Made by a program: the position numbers and the translations under genes
The notes under the pieces: model-generated
The model's input: the letters and a program-made list of their open reading frames with translations, nothing else
The model's database searches: none
What the model was told of the DNA's origin: nothing
Part shown: piece by piece, positions 1-8,833 of the stretch
How positions within the stretch are numbered: the first letter of the stretch is position 1
Layout: every line of letters starts with the position of its first letter
Origin: Cyanobacteria bacterium P01_A01_bin.123
Lineage (GTDB): Bacteria > Cyanobacteriota > Cyanobacteriia > Phormidesmidales > Phormidesmidaceae
Assembly: GCA_039815185.1 (NCBI GenBank)
Contig: JBCBZT010000012.1
Span: forward strand, 1-64,000
Reading direction: 5' to 3'
DNA: 64,000 nucleotides

Positions 1-466
1 AGAATAGTACGGTGCCGACGACGAGTGTGCAGCCGAATCTCTCGTGCTCGCCCTGCATCGCCAACCCATTCTCTCTTGGCAAAGCCAGTATCAGACTCCG
101 GACCTTTGCATCAAAATGCTCAGGCTCTGCTTCGCTTTCAGGCTTTGTACTGGCTGATGGGGATGGCAAACTTTGCTGATTCTCTCTTGGTAAAGCCTGT
201 GTCCGGCACTTTACATTTTCGCTGAGTAGATCAGACTTATTTACGCTGGCATTAACGCCCAACTTGTCTTTACTATCCCAAGAAAGATGGAAATGAAGAA
301 AACCTCTGTAGACATTCTGGATCACACTACCAGAACCACTGTTCTGGGCAGTCGTAGAATCGTGTCCCGTCTGTCCACCAAGCTGGCTTGAGGTAACTAA
401 GGAGTTAGATATCGTTGAATCTTGGGTTGGCGCATCCAAATTTTCTGCATGCATGCCATTTTTCCT

Positions 467-901
467 CTAAACGAAAAAGCTAACCGAAACTCCCAACCAA
501 GGCAACAACTTTTTAATCAGCTGTTGAACGTTTTGGAACAAAACTGCCCCTGACTCAAAGGTATCGTTTGTATCTTTCAGAAAGTTTTTAGTGCGCCGTA
601 AACCTTTAGCAACAGATTGCTTATCCGGATCTTGCTCCTGGGCATCCTCCTTGGTGGCTTTTAGATAGCTAAGCGCTTCTGCTTTCTGAACCTCCGACAT
701 TTTGGAGCAGCGAATCAAAGTGTCTATTTTAGAAATAATCTCAACTACATTAGCTTGTGTTAAGCCAACCTCCATACTGCCTTGGCTAACCCGTTGATTT
801 TGGATGATTTCTTGATTACCACCTGCTTGACCTCCGACTTGAACATTGGAGACATGGCTACCAGAGATTGAAAACGATTGTGAACTTTCCCCTTTTTGCA
901 T
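467..901 (-). CDS. Hypothetical protein (144 aa): Gly/Gln/Ser-rich N-terminus plus helical domain
   Basis: Intact ORF with ATG start; low-complexity SNVQVGGQAGGNQ segment, then amphipathic helices ending LLPWLGV. No catalytic motif recognised. Confidence 0.6.
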   Translation of the reverse strand: MQKGESSQSFSISGSHVSNVQVGGQAGGNQEIIQNQRVSQGSMEVGLTQANVVEIISKIDTLIRCSKMSEVQKAEALSYLKATKEDAQEQDPDKQSVAKGLRRTKNFLKDTNDTFESGAVLFQNVQQLIKKLLPWLGVSVSFFV

Positions 902-1351
902 AGCTAGAAACCTGCTTCTGACTCTTTACTAAACTTAAAGAATTGAGTTTCGCTAAATAGTAAACGTGCTGATTGCCTCCCCTCTAGAAGAAACCAATGG
1001 CACGATATATAATCCGCCTACCACTGCACGTGTACTCCCGTACACTTCAGACCCATGCCCCCTTCGTTGAAAATTATTATAGGATAGGCTCCTTCTAAAT
1101 GACAACGCCTCTCAATTAAGCTGATCAACAGCTCCTGATGTTCAGTAGCGATTCGTGATATCAAAAGCTGAAATCAACGTTTAATTAGCCTTTGTCCCTG
1201 AGCATATACTCACATAAATGTCAATGCTGTCAAAGCACCATAACAATTCATGGCACCTGTGTTGCTCATTCCAAGAGTCAGAAGATTGAGATTAAAAGGT
1301 ACGTATATAGGAGCCAGCTAACTCGTTATTAGAGAGACACTTGCCACCTAA

Positions 1352-1645
1352 TCACCCTATACAGCAGATTGTGTGGAAATATTTCAGCCTGATACCCCTC
1401 TGGAGGCAATTAGGTTGCAAAACGAAAGGCTCACATAGTTGTAATGGCCTAAACTCGACTGATCTGACCAGTATATTACTAACTCCCTCCTGGATGATAA
1501 TCAGTCGCTCAATTGCAGCCTGAACGCGTTGCGTCCCTTCGCGTAACTCTTCACGCTCCATGCGGGTTTCAGCCATCGCATCTAGCATTGCCTGAGCTGT
1601 GCGAGCGTTACTGTCTACGAAGTGCCGGAGTTCGTCATCTGCCAT
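1352..1645 (-). CDS. Small coiled-coil hypothetical protein, C-terminus possibly disrupted
   Basis: First ~60 aa (MADDELRHFVDSNARTAQAMLDAMAE...IQEGVSNIL) are heptad-like and resemble small cyanobacterial coiled-coil proteins as I recall them; the last ~35 aa look non-coding in composition. Confidence 0.45.
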   Translation of the reverse strand: MADDELRHFVDSNARTAQAMLDAMAETRMEREELREGTQRVQAAIERLIIIQEGVSNILVRSVEFRPLQLCEPFVLQPNCLQRGIRLKYFHTICCIG

Positions 1646-1677
1646 AACAGTTCAAATATCCTTAGATGCTTGCCTTT

Positions 1678-1782
1678 TATAGCAGTCGCCAGTCCGGTCA
1701 GGACACGGCTGCGAGCCAGATTGCCTGTGGACTCAGTATCCCAGCGATACTCGGTGCACTAAGCAATCTGGCCAGCGCTATA
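1678..1782. mobile_element. MITE-like element (~105 bp) with imperfect terminal inverted repeats and an internal hairpin
   Basis: Left end TATAGCAGTCGCCAG (1678-1692), right end CTGGCCAGCGCTATA (1768-1782); TA at both ends; internal stem GCCAGATTGC (1715-1724)/GCAATCTGGC (1763-1772). Confidence 0.5.
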
Positions 1783-1819
1783 TATTTAGCTTTGCTCAGC
1801 CTTGGGCTAAATCTGCATA

Positions 1820-4159
1820 TCAAAGTCGTTTGCGGTCAAATTTAGCTTTGAGATCGGCCAGGGAAGTATTTTGAGGTTGTTGTTTTGTTTTTGACTTGGA
1901 TTTAGACTTCGTGTTGACTTGAGGTTTGGCCTGTCCCTTAGCCTGAGGTTTAGCGTGGGGCTTATCGTTGGCAGCAGAATTCGTGCCTCCACCCGCTGCT
2001 TTCATACTCAAACTAATCCGTTTGAGCGCTTCATTCACCTCCATCACGCGCACTTTCACCACCTGCCCCACCTGCACAATCGCCTTGGGGTCTTTGACAA
2101 AGCGATCGGCCAGTTGAGAAATATGCACTAGCCCATCTTGATGAACCCCCACATCCACAAACGCGCCGAAGTTAGCCACATTAGTGACTATCCCTTCCAG
2201 TTCCATCCCCGGTTTTAGATCGCTGATTTCAGTGATATCTGCTTGAAAGCGGGCGTAGGTAAATTGGGCACGGGGGTCGCGACCGGGCTTTTCGAGTTCG
2301 GCGAGGATGTCTCGCAGGGTGGGTTCGCCGACAGTATCAGTAATGTAAGGTTTGAGGCTGAGGGTTTTGAGGCGATCGCTCTGGGTGCTAATTTTGGCTA
2401 AATCCACCTGTAAATTCTGAGCCATGGTCTGCACAATGCCGTAGCTTTCAGGGTGGACGGCAGTGTTGTCCAGCGGATTATCGCCGTTGCGGATGCGCAA
2501 AAATCCGGCGGCTTGCTCAAAGGCTTTGGGGCCAAGTTTTTTCACTCGGAGTAACTGTTTGCGATCGCGAAATGCGCCGTTCTCATTGCGATAGGTGACG
2601 ATATTATTGGCGATCGCAGCGCTAACACCCGACACATAGGTCAGCAGCTCTTTTGAGGCAATATTCAGGTCAACCCCAACATAGTTGACGCAGCTTTCCA
2701 CCGTTTCATCCAGCTTTTGACGCAGCCGCTTTTGATCGACGTCGTGTTGATACTGGCCCACCCCGATCGATTTGGGGTCAATTTTCACCAGCTCAGCTAA
2801 GGGATCTTGCAACCGTCGGGCAATGCTGATTGCCCCCCGCACAGTGATATCTAGGTCAGGAAATTCTGCGATCGCCGTCTCGCTAGCCGAATAAATTGAC
2901 GCCCCTGACTCATTCACCATCACCTTAACCGGGGGCGTCTCCAGTGTTTGAATCACCTCCGCCACAAAGGCATCAGTTTCTCGCCCCGCAGTGCCGTTGC
3001 CAATGGCAATCAGCTCAATGTGGTGTGCTTGAATCAGGCGTTTAAGCGTCTCAGCCGCCTGCTGCCGCTGCCGCTCAGACTGATGGGGAAAGATCGCTTG
3101 ATATTCTAAAAATTTGCCAGTTTCGCCAATGGCCGCCACCTTGCAGCCCGTACGAAAGCCTGGATCAACCCCTAACGTCGGCTTCATGCCCGCCGGGGCC
3201 GACAGCAGCAGATTTTGTAAATTGGCTTCAAAGGTTGTGATCGATTCCTCATCCGCCCAGGCCTTTTTCTCGGCGATCACTTCACCCGTGAGGGAATTTT
3301 TCATCAGGCGGCTAAAACCATCGGCGACTAATGCCTGGTAGAAGTCGCGGACGCTTGGGGTGCGGGTGCGAATCACACTGGCTTCCAGACGTTGCTGCAC
3401 CGCGTCGGTATCAAAGCTCAGGTCAAATTTGAGGAAGCCTTCTTTTTCTCCCCGCAGCAGTGCCAACAGGTTGTGGGGCGCAATGGATTTTACCGACGCT
3501 TGAAATTTGCGGTACATCTCATATTTGGTGCTGCCTTCGGGGTGATCTTTTTTGATTTGAGAGGTAAACTCCCCAGCTTTGAACAGATATTGACGAATGT
3601 CTGCCCGCAAATCTGCCCGCTCTGCCATGGCTTCCGCCAAGATATCGGCAGCACCCTGAAGCGCATCGGCGGCTGAATTTACCTCCTGGTCGGCATTGAT
3701 ATACTTTTGCGCTTCGGTTTCTAAAGCCTGTACTTTCTGCCCCGACTGATTCAGCCCTTCGATCCACTGGGCTAGAGGTTCCAATCCCTTTTCGCGAGCG
3801 ATGGTGGCGCGGGTGCGGCGTTTGGGACGATAGGGCAGGTAGAGATCTTCTAGCTCAGTTTTAAGCAGACAGGTTTCGATCTGAATTTTTAAGGCGTCGG
3901 TGAGTTTGCCTTGATCTGCGATCGCTTTCAAAATTACCTGTTTACGCTCGGTCAGTTCGGTGAGATATGCAGCGCGATCGCTGATTTGTCGCAACTGCAC
4001 CTCATCCAACTGGCCCGTGCGTTCTTTGCGATAGCGGGCAATAAACGGCACTGTTGCCCCCTCAGCAAACAAATCCAAAGCAGCTTGAATTTGGGCGGGC
4101 TGCAAGTTGAGTTCTTCAGCCAGTTGGTGGGTCAGTTGATTCGCAGGGGTCGCCATCAA
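1820..4159 (-). CDS. tex: Tex/YhgF family transcription accessory RNA-binding protein
   Basis: N-terminal ATVPFIARYRKERTG, YqgF-like LGVDPGFRTGCK, KIDPKSIGVGQYQHDV, HhH motifs, C-terminal S1 domain (NFGAFVDVGVHQDGLVHISQL). Confidence 0.96.
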   Translation of the reverse strand: MMATPANQLTHQLAEELNLQPAQIQAALDLFAEGATVPFIARYRKERTGQLDEVQLRQISDRAAYLTELTERKQVILKAIADQGKLTDALKIQIETCLLKTELEDLYLPYRPKRRTRATIAREKGLEPLAQWIEGLNQSGQKVQALETEAQKYINADQEVNSAADALQGAADILAEAMAERADLRADIRQYLFKAGEFTSQIKKDHPEGSTKYEMYRKFQASVKSIAPHNLLALLRGEKEGFLKFDLSFDTDAVQQRLEASVIRTRTPSVRDFYQALVADGFSRLMKNSLTGEVIAEKKAWADEESITTFEANLQNLLLSAPAGMKPTLGVDPGFRTGCKVAAIGETGKFLEYQAIFPHQSERQRQQAAETLKRLIQAHHIELIAIGNGTAGRETDAFVAEVIQTLETPPVKVMVNESGASIYSASETAIAEFPDLDITVRGAISIARRLQDPLAELVKIDPKSIGVGQYQHDVDQKRLRQKLDETVESCVNYVGVDLNIASKELLTYVSGVSAAIANNIVTYRNENGAFRDRKQLLRVKKLGPKAFEQAAGFLRIRNGDNPLDNTAVHPESYGIVQTMAQNLQVDLAKISTQSDRLKTLSLKPYITDTVGEPTLRDILAELEKPGRDPRAQFTYARFQADITEISDLKPGMELEGIVTNVANFGAFVDVGVHQDGLVHISQLADRFVKDPKAIVQVGQVVKVRVMEVNEALKRISLSMKAAGGGTNSAANDKPHAKPQAKGQAKPQVNTKSKSKSKTKQQPQNTSLADLKAKFDRKRL

Positions 4160-4288
4160 ACAAGTTATCCAAAAACGATAGGTCAGATGCCTGTTTCGTT
4201 CCTTCTGTAATCAACAGGCAAAATCGAGGACTCGACTTTCTACGCTAACAGACTTTTATTTCCCCTGAATGATGCGCCAGCTTATCGC

Positions 4289-4356
4289 GCAGGCCAGGTG
4301 GCTAAATGCACACCGAGCATCGCCAGGATATTTAGTCCACAGGTAATCTGGCTTGC
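4289..4356 (-). repeat. Second, inverted copy of the ~66-bp repeat at 1711-1776
   Basis: Reverse complement GCAAGCCAGATTACCTGTGGACTAAATATCCTGGCGATGCTCGGTG aligns with 1711 GCGAGCCAGATTGCCTGTGGACTCAGTATCCCAGCGATACTCGGTG; about 54 of 68 columns identical by manual alignment. Confidence 0.8.
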
Positions 4357-4387
4357 GGTAGCGCACAAAGCTTTGTGGCTACCGCAA
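4353..4387. terminator. Near-perfect palindrome downstream of the TonB-like gene; possible terminator or REP-like element
   Basis: TTGCGGTAGC-G-CACAAAG/CTTTGTG-GCTACCGCAA. Confidence 0.5.
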
Positions 4388-4415
4388 TAGCTTTAGGTTT
4401 ATCCAATTTAGACAG

Positions 4416-5123
4416 CTATTCCTGAATCGGCGGTTCGTCTTGAATCGGTGGTTCGTTTGGAATCGTAAAGGGAATCTCAATTGAGATGCTGCCGCCTTGA
4501 TTATCAGAGCTTTGAACATCGAACTCAAAATTTAACACGGCTTCCAAGGCTGCCTGGTCGAGCGCTACATTGCCGCTAGACCCCTCGATGCGCGCCCCAA
4601 TCACGTGACCCTCGGCATCAAACGTTACCCGAATGCGAACGTCACCCTCAATGCCCTCTCTCAAAGCAGATTCAGGATAATCAGGGGGTGGACAACGCCG
4701 ACAACTAATCTGGAGTTGCCGCCTAACGGGTGTAACGTTGACGATGAATCCTGTATCGCTCCTGCTGGTGGCAACGGTCGGCACTCCAGCCGTGCCCACG
4801 ATGCGAATTCGCACACTATTGGCATCGAGGGGCTCAACTGAAATCGACTCAATACCATTGATGGGCTCCGCTTGGTGCGATGCGACCCCTCCAACCAACT
4901 GAGTAATCGGCAGATCAAGGATTACCGTATTGCCAAAAGCTGCTTCAAATATCCTGGCTTGAGCTGCATGACTAGCCTCTAGATCAATGACCAACCCGCC
5001 GTCAGTTGGCATAATGTCGACGCGAGTCATCTGTCTGAATTGGGCACGGGCAGGCGACACTAAGACTATGCTTAAAGCTGCGATCGCCCATACAGGGATT
5101 GAAAACGAGAACTGTTGCCGCAT
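4416..5123 (-). CDS. AMIN-domain plus TonB C-terminal domain protein (TonB-family energy transducer-like)
   Basis: Signal peptide ending PARAQ; AMIN-like region (GNTVILDL...GIESISVEPLDANSVRIRIVG); TonB_C motif PDYPESALREGIEGDV...SSGNVALDQAALEAV. Start set at ATG 5123; ORF is open to 5162. Confidence 0.8.
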   Translation of the reverse strand: MRQQFSFSIPVWAIAALSIVLVSPARAQFRQMTRVDIMPTDGGLVIDLEASHAAQARIFEAAFGNTVILDLPITQLVGGVASHQAEPINGIESISVEPLDANSVRIRIVGTAGVPTVATSRSDTGFIVNVTPVRRQLQISCRRCPPPDYPESALREGIEGDVRIRVTFDAEGHVIGARIEGSSGNVALDQAALEAVLNFEFDVQSSDNQGGSISIEIPFTIPNEPPIQDEPPIQE

Positions 5124-5196
5124 AATTTTGACGTGTTCAATCCGTTTGCCGTGACTCGTCATCTGAGCGTTGCAACTGAGTGCTCACTAATAGGAA

Positions 5197-7980
5197 ATGT
5201 ACAGACCGATCTTAACCACTAAACTGTATATTCCTCCGCCACGCCCCAAGGCTGTGGTGCGATTGCACCTGACTGAACGGTTAAATGCAGGGCTACACTG
5301 CAAACTGACCCTCATCTCTGCCAGTGCTGGTTTTGGTAAAACAACGTTACTCAGTGAATGGGTTGCCACCTGCGAACAACCAGTGGCATGGCTTTCACTC
5401 GATGAAGAGCATAATGATCCAATCCGCTTTCTGACTTATTTGGTGTCTGCCTTGCAAACGCTCACCTTCAGCAAGGTTGAGGGAGTTCCTCAACTCGTTG
5501 AGGGAGTGTTAAGTGCCTTAAAATCACCCCAACCGCCCCCCCTCAATTCGCTACTAACGACACTGATCAATGAAATTGCGGCGGTTCCCGAAAGCTTCAT
5601 TCTGGTTCTGGATGACTACCATCTGATTAAATCTGAACCCGTCAATCAGACCCTGGAATTTTTGATCCAGCATCTGCCGCCACTATCCATGCACCTTGTC
5701 ATTGCCACTCGTGAAGACCCACTTTTGCCCCTGGCTCGACTACGCGCGCGGGGGCAGTTGAGCGAACTGTGTGCCCCCGATTTGCGCTTTACCCCAGTCG
5801 AAACGGCTGAATTTCTTAACCAGGTGATGGATCTTAATCTCTCGGTAGAAGAGATTACCGTACTAGAAAATCGCACTGAAGGTTGGATTGCTGGCTTGCA
5901 GTTAGCAGCAATCTCCTTACAGGGACATCCAAACACTGCTAACTTTATTAAGTCTTTCTCCGGTAGCCATCATTTTGTGCTGGATTATTTGGTTGAAGAA
6001 ATTCTAGAACAACAGCCCGAAAGTATTCAGACCTTCCTATTATCTACCTCCATTCTTGAGCGCCTATGTGGCTCTCTTTGTGATGCTGTTCTGCCCCAAG
6101 CTTCTACCCCAGGCCAAGAAATCTTAGAATATTTAGAACGCACAAATCTGCTGGTGGTTCCGCTTGATGATAAACGCAAGTGGTATCGCTACCATCATCT
6201 TTTCACTGATGCTTTGCAAGTACGCTTAACTCAAGGGCAACCCGACAAGGTAGCTGAGCTACATCTAAGCGCCTGTGCATGGTACGAGCAGAATAATTTT
6301 CGACCCCATGCGATTCACCATGCCCTTGCTGCCCGACATTTCGAGCGCGCGGCGGATCTCATCGAACTGGAATGGTCAGCTAATATTGGCTCCCATTATC
6401 AGAATGCAACCTGGACAGACTGGGTACAGGCACTGCCAGACGAACTCGTACGAACCCGGACTAAGCTCAGTATTGGCCTAGCATGGGAGTTGCTGTTTTC
6501 AGGTCGGCTGCAAGCTGCGGAGAACCGACTGAAGGATGCAGATCGTTTGTTGGAGTTGACAGTCAACACCCGTGATTCTCTGGAGGCCTCGTCAAGCAGT
6601 CAGGATGAGAACATATTCTACTTACAACAACAGTTATTAAACCTTGCTTGGGCTTTTCGTGCTCAGGCACTCAATGATAATGCTGGCACTATCAAACATG
6701 CCCGGCAAACACTCAACCTCTTATCTGAGGCGAATCATTATATAGCTGGCCTGGCAAGCTCTCTGCTAGGGCTTGCTTATTGGACGCATGGAGATTTGGA
6801 GACGGCTGTTAAGTATATGTCCGATGCGATCGCTCGCTTGCGGACGACAGGCCATTTCCTTTTTGCCATTAGTGGGGCCTATACACTGGCTGGCATGAAG
6901 ATTGCCCAGGGTCGTCTTTTTGATGCGGTCAATATTTATAAAGAGGCTTTACTATTTGCGGCAGCACAAGGTGAGCTCGTGGGCACAACTGACTTACATC
7001 TGGGGTTGAGCCAGCTGTATCATGAACAAGGCAAAGAGGACGCTGCCAAACACCACTTTCAGAAATGCGAGGCACTCGGAAAACGAGCAGCATTACCGGA
7101 ATGGCCCTATGGCTTGTATCTTGCTCAAGCGCAATTAAAAGTTGAGCAAAGAGAACTGGATGACGCCCTCAAGATACTTGAAGCAGCGGAACAGCTCTAC
7201 CATAGAACTCCTGTTCCCAATGTTTGTCCTGTAGCAGCGTTAAGGGCACGGGTATGGCTCCGACAAGGCAGGCTGGCAGAAGCTTTTGGTTGGGTGCGTC
7301 AGCAAGGTTTGTCTATTGATGATGAGCCCAGTGATGAAAAACTCAGCTATTTACAAGAATTCGAGTACATCACATTCGCTAGAGTGCTGATTGTTCAGTA
7401 TAGACATGCCCCAACAGACAAGACTTTTCAAAGAGCGACGACACTTCTGGCGCAACTCTACTCAGCAGCAGAAGCAGCAGGCAGATTAGGCAGCATGATT
7501 GAGCTCCTCATCTTGCAGGCAATTCTCAATGAAACACAAGGCTATCTCTTTGCTGCTCTGAAATTTTTGGAACGCGCGCTCACACTCGCAGAAACTGAGG
7601 GTTACCTCCGGATCTTTGTCAATGAAGGCCAGCCCATAGCGCGTTTACTCTATGAGGCCATTTCTCGCAAAATACTACCTAATTCTAATTATGCAGAGCG
7701 CGTGTTAACTGCATTTTTCCCTAATGAATTAGAGCAAAAGAAATCATTAAAAACGCAATCTCAAAAAACCGGGTTGCTCGAACCATTGAGCAAGCGAGAA
7801 ATCGAAGTACTCCACCTGATCGCAGCGGGGCGGGCCAATCAGGAAATTGCGACGATACTCGTCCTTTCGGTGAATACAGTGAAAGTGCATACTCGAAATA
7901 TTTACGGCAAACTCGATGCCCATCACCGGGCAGATGCCGTTGCGAAAGCCCGTGCTTTGGGTATTTTGTCCTCAACGTAG
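5197..7980 (+). CDS. MalT-like LuxR-family STAND ATPase transcriptional regulator
   Basis: N-terminal ILTTKLYIPP, Walker A ASAGFGKT, Walker B LVLDDYH, TEGWIAGLQL, TPR-like region, C-terminal LuxR HTH (LSKREIEVL...NQEIA...SVNTVKVHTRNIYGKL). Confidence 0.93.
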   Translation: MYRPILTTKLYIPPPRPKAVVRLHLTERLNAGLHCKLTLISASAGFGKTTLLSEWVATCEQPVAWLSLDEEHNDPIRFLTYLVSALQTLTFSKVEGVPQLVEGVLSALKSPQPPPLNSLLTTLINEIAAVPESFILVLDDYHLIKSEPVNQTLEFLIQHLPPLSMHLVIATREDPLLPLARLRARGQLSELCAPDLRFTPVETAEFLNQVMDLNLSVEEITVLENRTEGWIAGLQLAAISLQGHPNTANFIKSFSGSHHFVLDYLVEEILEQQPESIQTFLLSTSILERLCGSLCDAVLPQASTPGQEILEYLERTNLLVVPLDDKRKWYRYHHLFTDALQVRLTQGQPDKVAELHLSACAWYEQNNFRPHAIHHALAARHFERAADLIELEWSANIGSHYQNATWTDWVQALPDELVRTRTKLSIGLAWELLFSGRLQAAENRLKDADRLLELTVNTRDSLEASSSSQDENIFYLQQQLLNLAWAFRAQALNDNAGTIKHARQTLNLLSEANHYIAGLASSLLGLAYWTHGDLETAVKYMSDAIARLRTTGHFLFAISGAYTLAGMKIAQGRLFDAVNIYKEALLFAAAQGELVGTTDLHLGLSQLYHEQGKEDAAKHHFQKCEALGKRAALPEWPYGLYLAQAQLKVEQRELDDALKILEAAEQLYHRTPVPNVCPVAALRARVWLRQGRLAEAFGWVRQQGLSIDDEPSDEKLSYLQEFEYITFARVLIVQYRHAPTDKTFQRATTLLAQLYSAAEAAGRLGSMIELLILQAILNETQGYLFAALKFLERALTLAETEGYLRIFVNEGQPIARLLYEAISRKILPNSNYAERVLTAFFPNELEQKKSLKTQSQKTGLLEPLSKREIEVLHLIAAGRANQEIATILVLSVNTVKVHTRNIYGKLDAHHRADAVAKARALGILSST

Positions 7981-7989
7981 CCATCAGAT

Positions 7990-8023
7990 TTCCCATCATC
8001 TAATTCTCTTTTATTGATGGGAA
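7990..8023. terminator. Inverted repeat just after the MalT-like stop codon
   Basis: TTCCCATCA (7990-7998) / TGATGGGAA (8015-8023). Confidence 0.35.
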
Positions 8024-8119
8024 TTACTCCTTGAATAATACCTGGGTGGTATGCCCTTCATATCGTGTTGCCGATAGGCTTCAGGTGTCGGTGATAAATA
8101 CTACACCAGGAATGGAGTA

Positions 8120-8833
8120 ATGAAAGAACAGATCGCAGAAGCTTCGTTACCATTCAAAGCGAGAATGGGTGGCATTTTATACTTAATTATTATTATTGGA
8201 GGCCTCTTCGGTGCAGGTTATATTCCTGCCATGGTTTTTGTACATGGTGATGCTGCAGCGACGATAAATAACATCCTGACAAACGAATCGCTTTATAGAT
8301 TCGGACTCGGCGTTCATATCATCGTAGTTCTTTGTAATATCCCTCTAGCAGTCATCTTTTATGACCTATTCAAATTTGTAAATAAGAGTCTCTCCCGACT
8401 GGTGATGCTTTTTATATTGGTAGCAGCGACTATTGAAGGTGTCAGTTTACTCAATAATTTTGTCCCGCTAATCCTCTTGCAGAGTGCCGAACAGAGTGCT
8501 GCCATAATGACCGCAGAACAGCTTCAGTCTACGGCCTATATGCACTTCCTGCTACATGAGATTGGGTTCAATCTCAGTCTTTCATTTTTTGGCTGCTATT
8601 GCCTTCTGGCTGGTTACTTAATTTATAGGTTAAGGTTCCTTCCTCGAATAACAGGTTTGCTTTTGGCGATAGGAGGAGCATGTTACTTGATTAATAGTTT
8701 CGCCAACTTCCTAGCCCCTGAACTTGCTATTGGTTTATCCCCTTATATCTTTATCCCATGCTTTTTTGGGGAAGCAACACTCTGTTTATCGTTGTTGATC
8801 AAAGGTGTAAATCTTGAACAGAAGGATATCTAA
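8120..8833 (+). CDS. DUF4386-family multi-pass membrane protein
   Basis: ARMGGILYLIII start, GDAAATINNI, about 6 hydrophobic segments, FLPRITGLLL and LLIKGV ending; RBS-like GGAG upstream. Confidence 0.78.
   Translation: MKEQIAEASLPFKARMGGILYLIIIIGGLFGAGYIPAMVFVHGDAAATINNILTNESLYRFGLGVHIIVVLCNIPLAVIFYDLFKFVNKSLSRLVMLFILVAATIEGVSLLNNFVPLILLQSAEQSAAIMTAEQLQSTAYMHFLLHEIGFNLSLSFFGCYCLLAGYLIYRLRFLPRITGLLLAIGGACYLINSFANFLAPELAIGLSPYIFIPCFFGEATLCLSLLIKGVNLEQKDI

Noticed and set aside
68..205. CRISPR repeats or integron attC sites
   Set aside because: Only two copies 111 bp apart; no clear RYYYAAC/GTTRRRY pairing; no cas or integrase gene in view.
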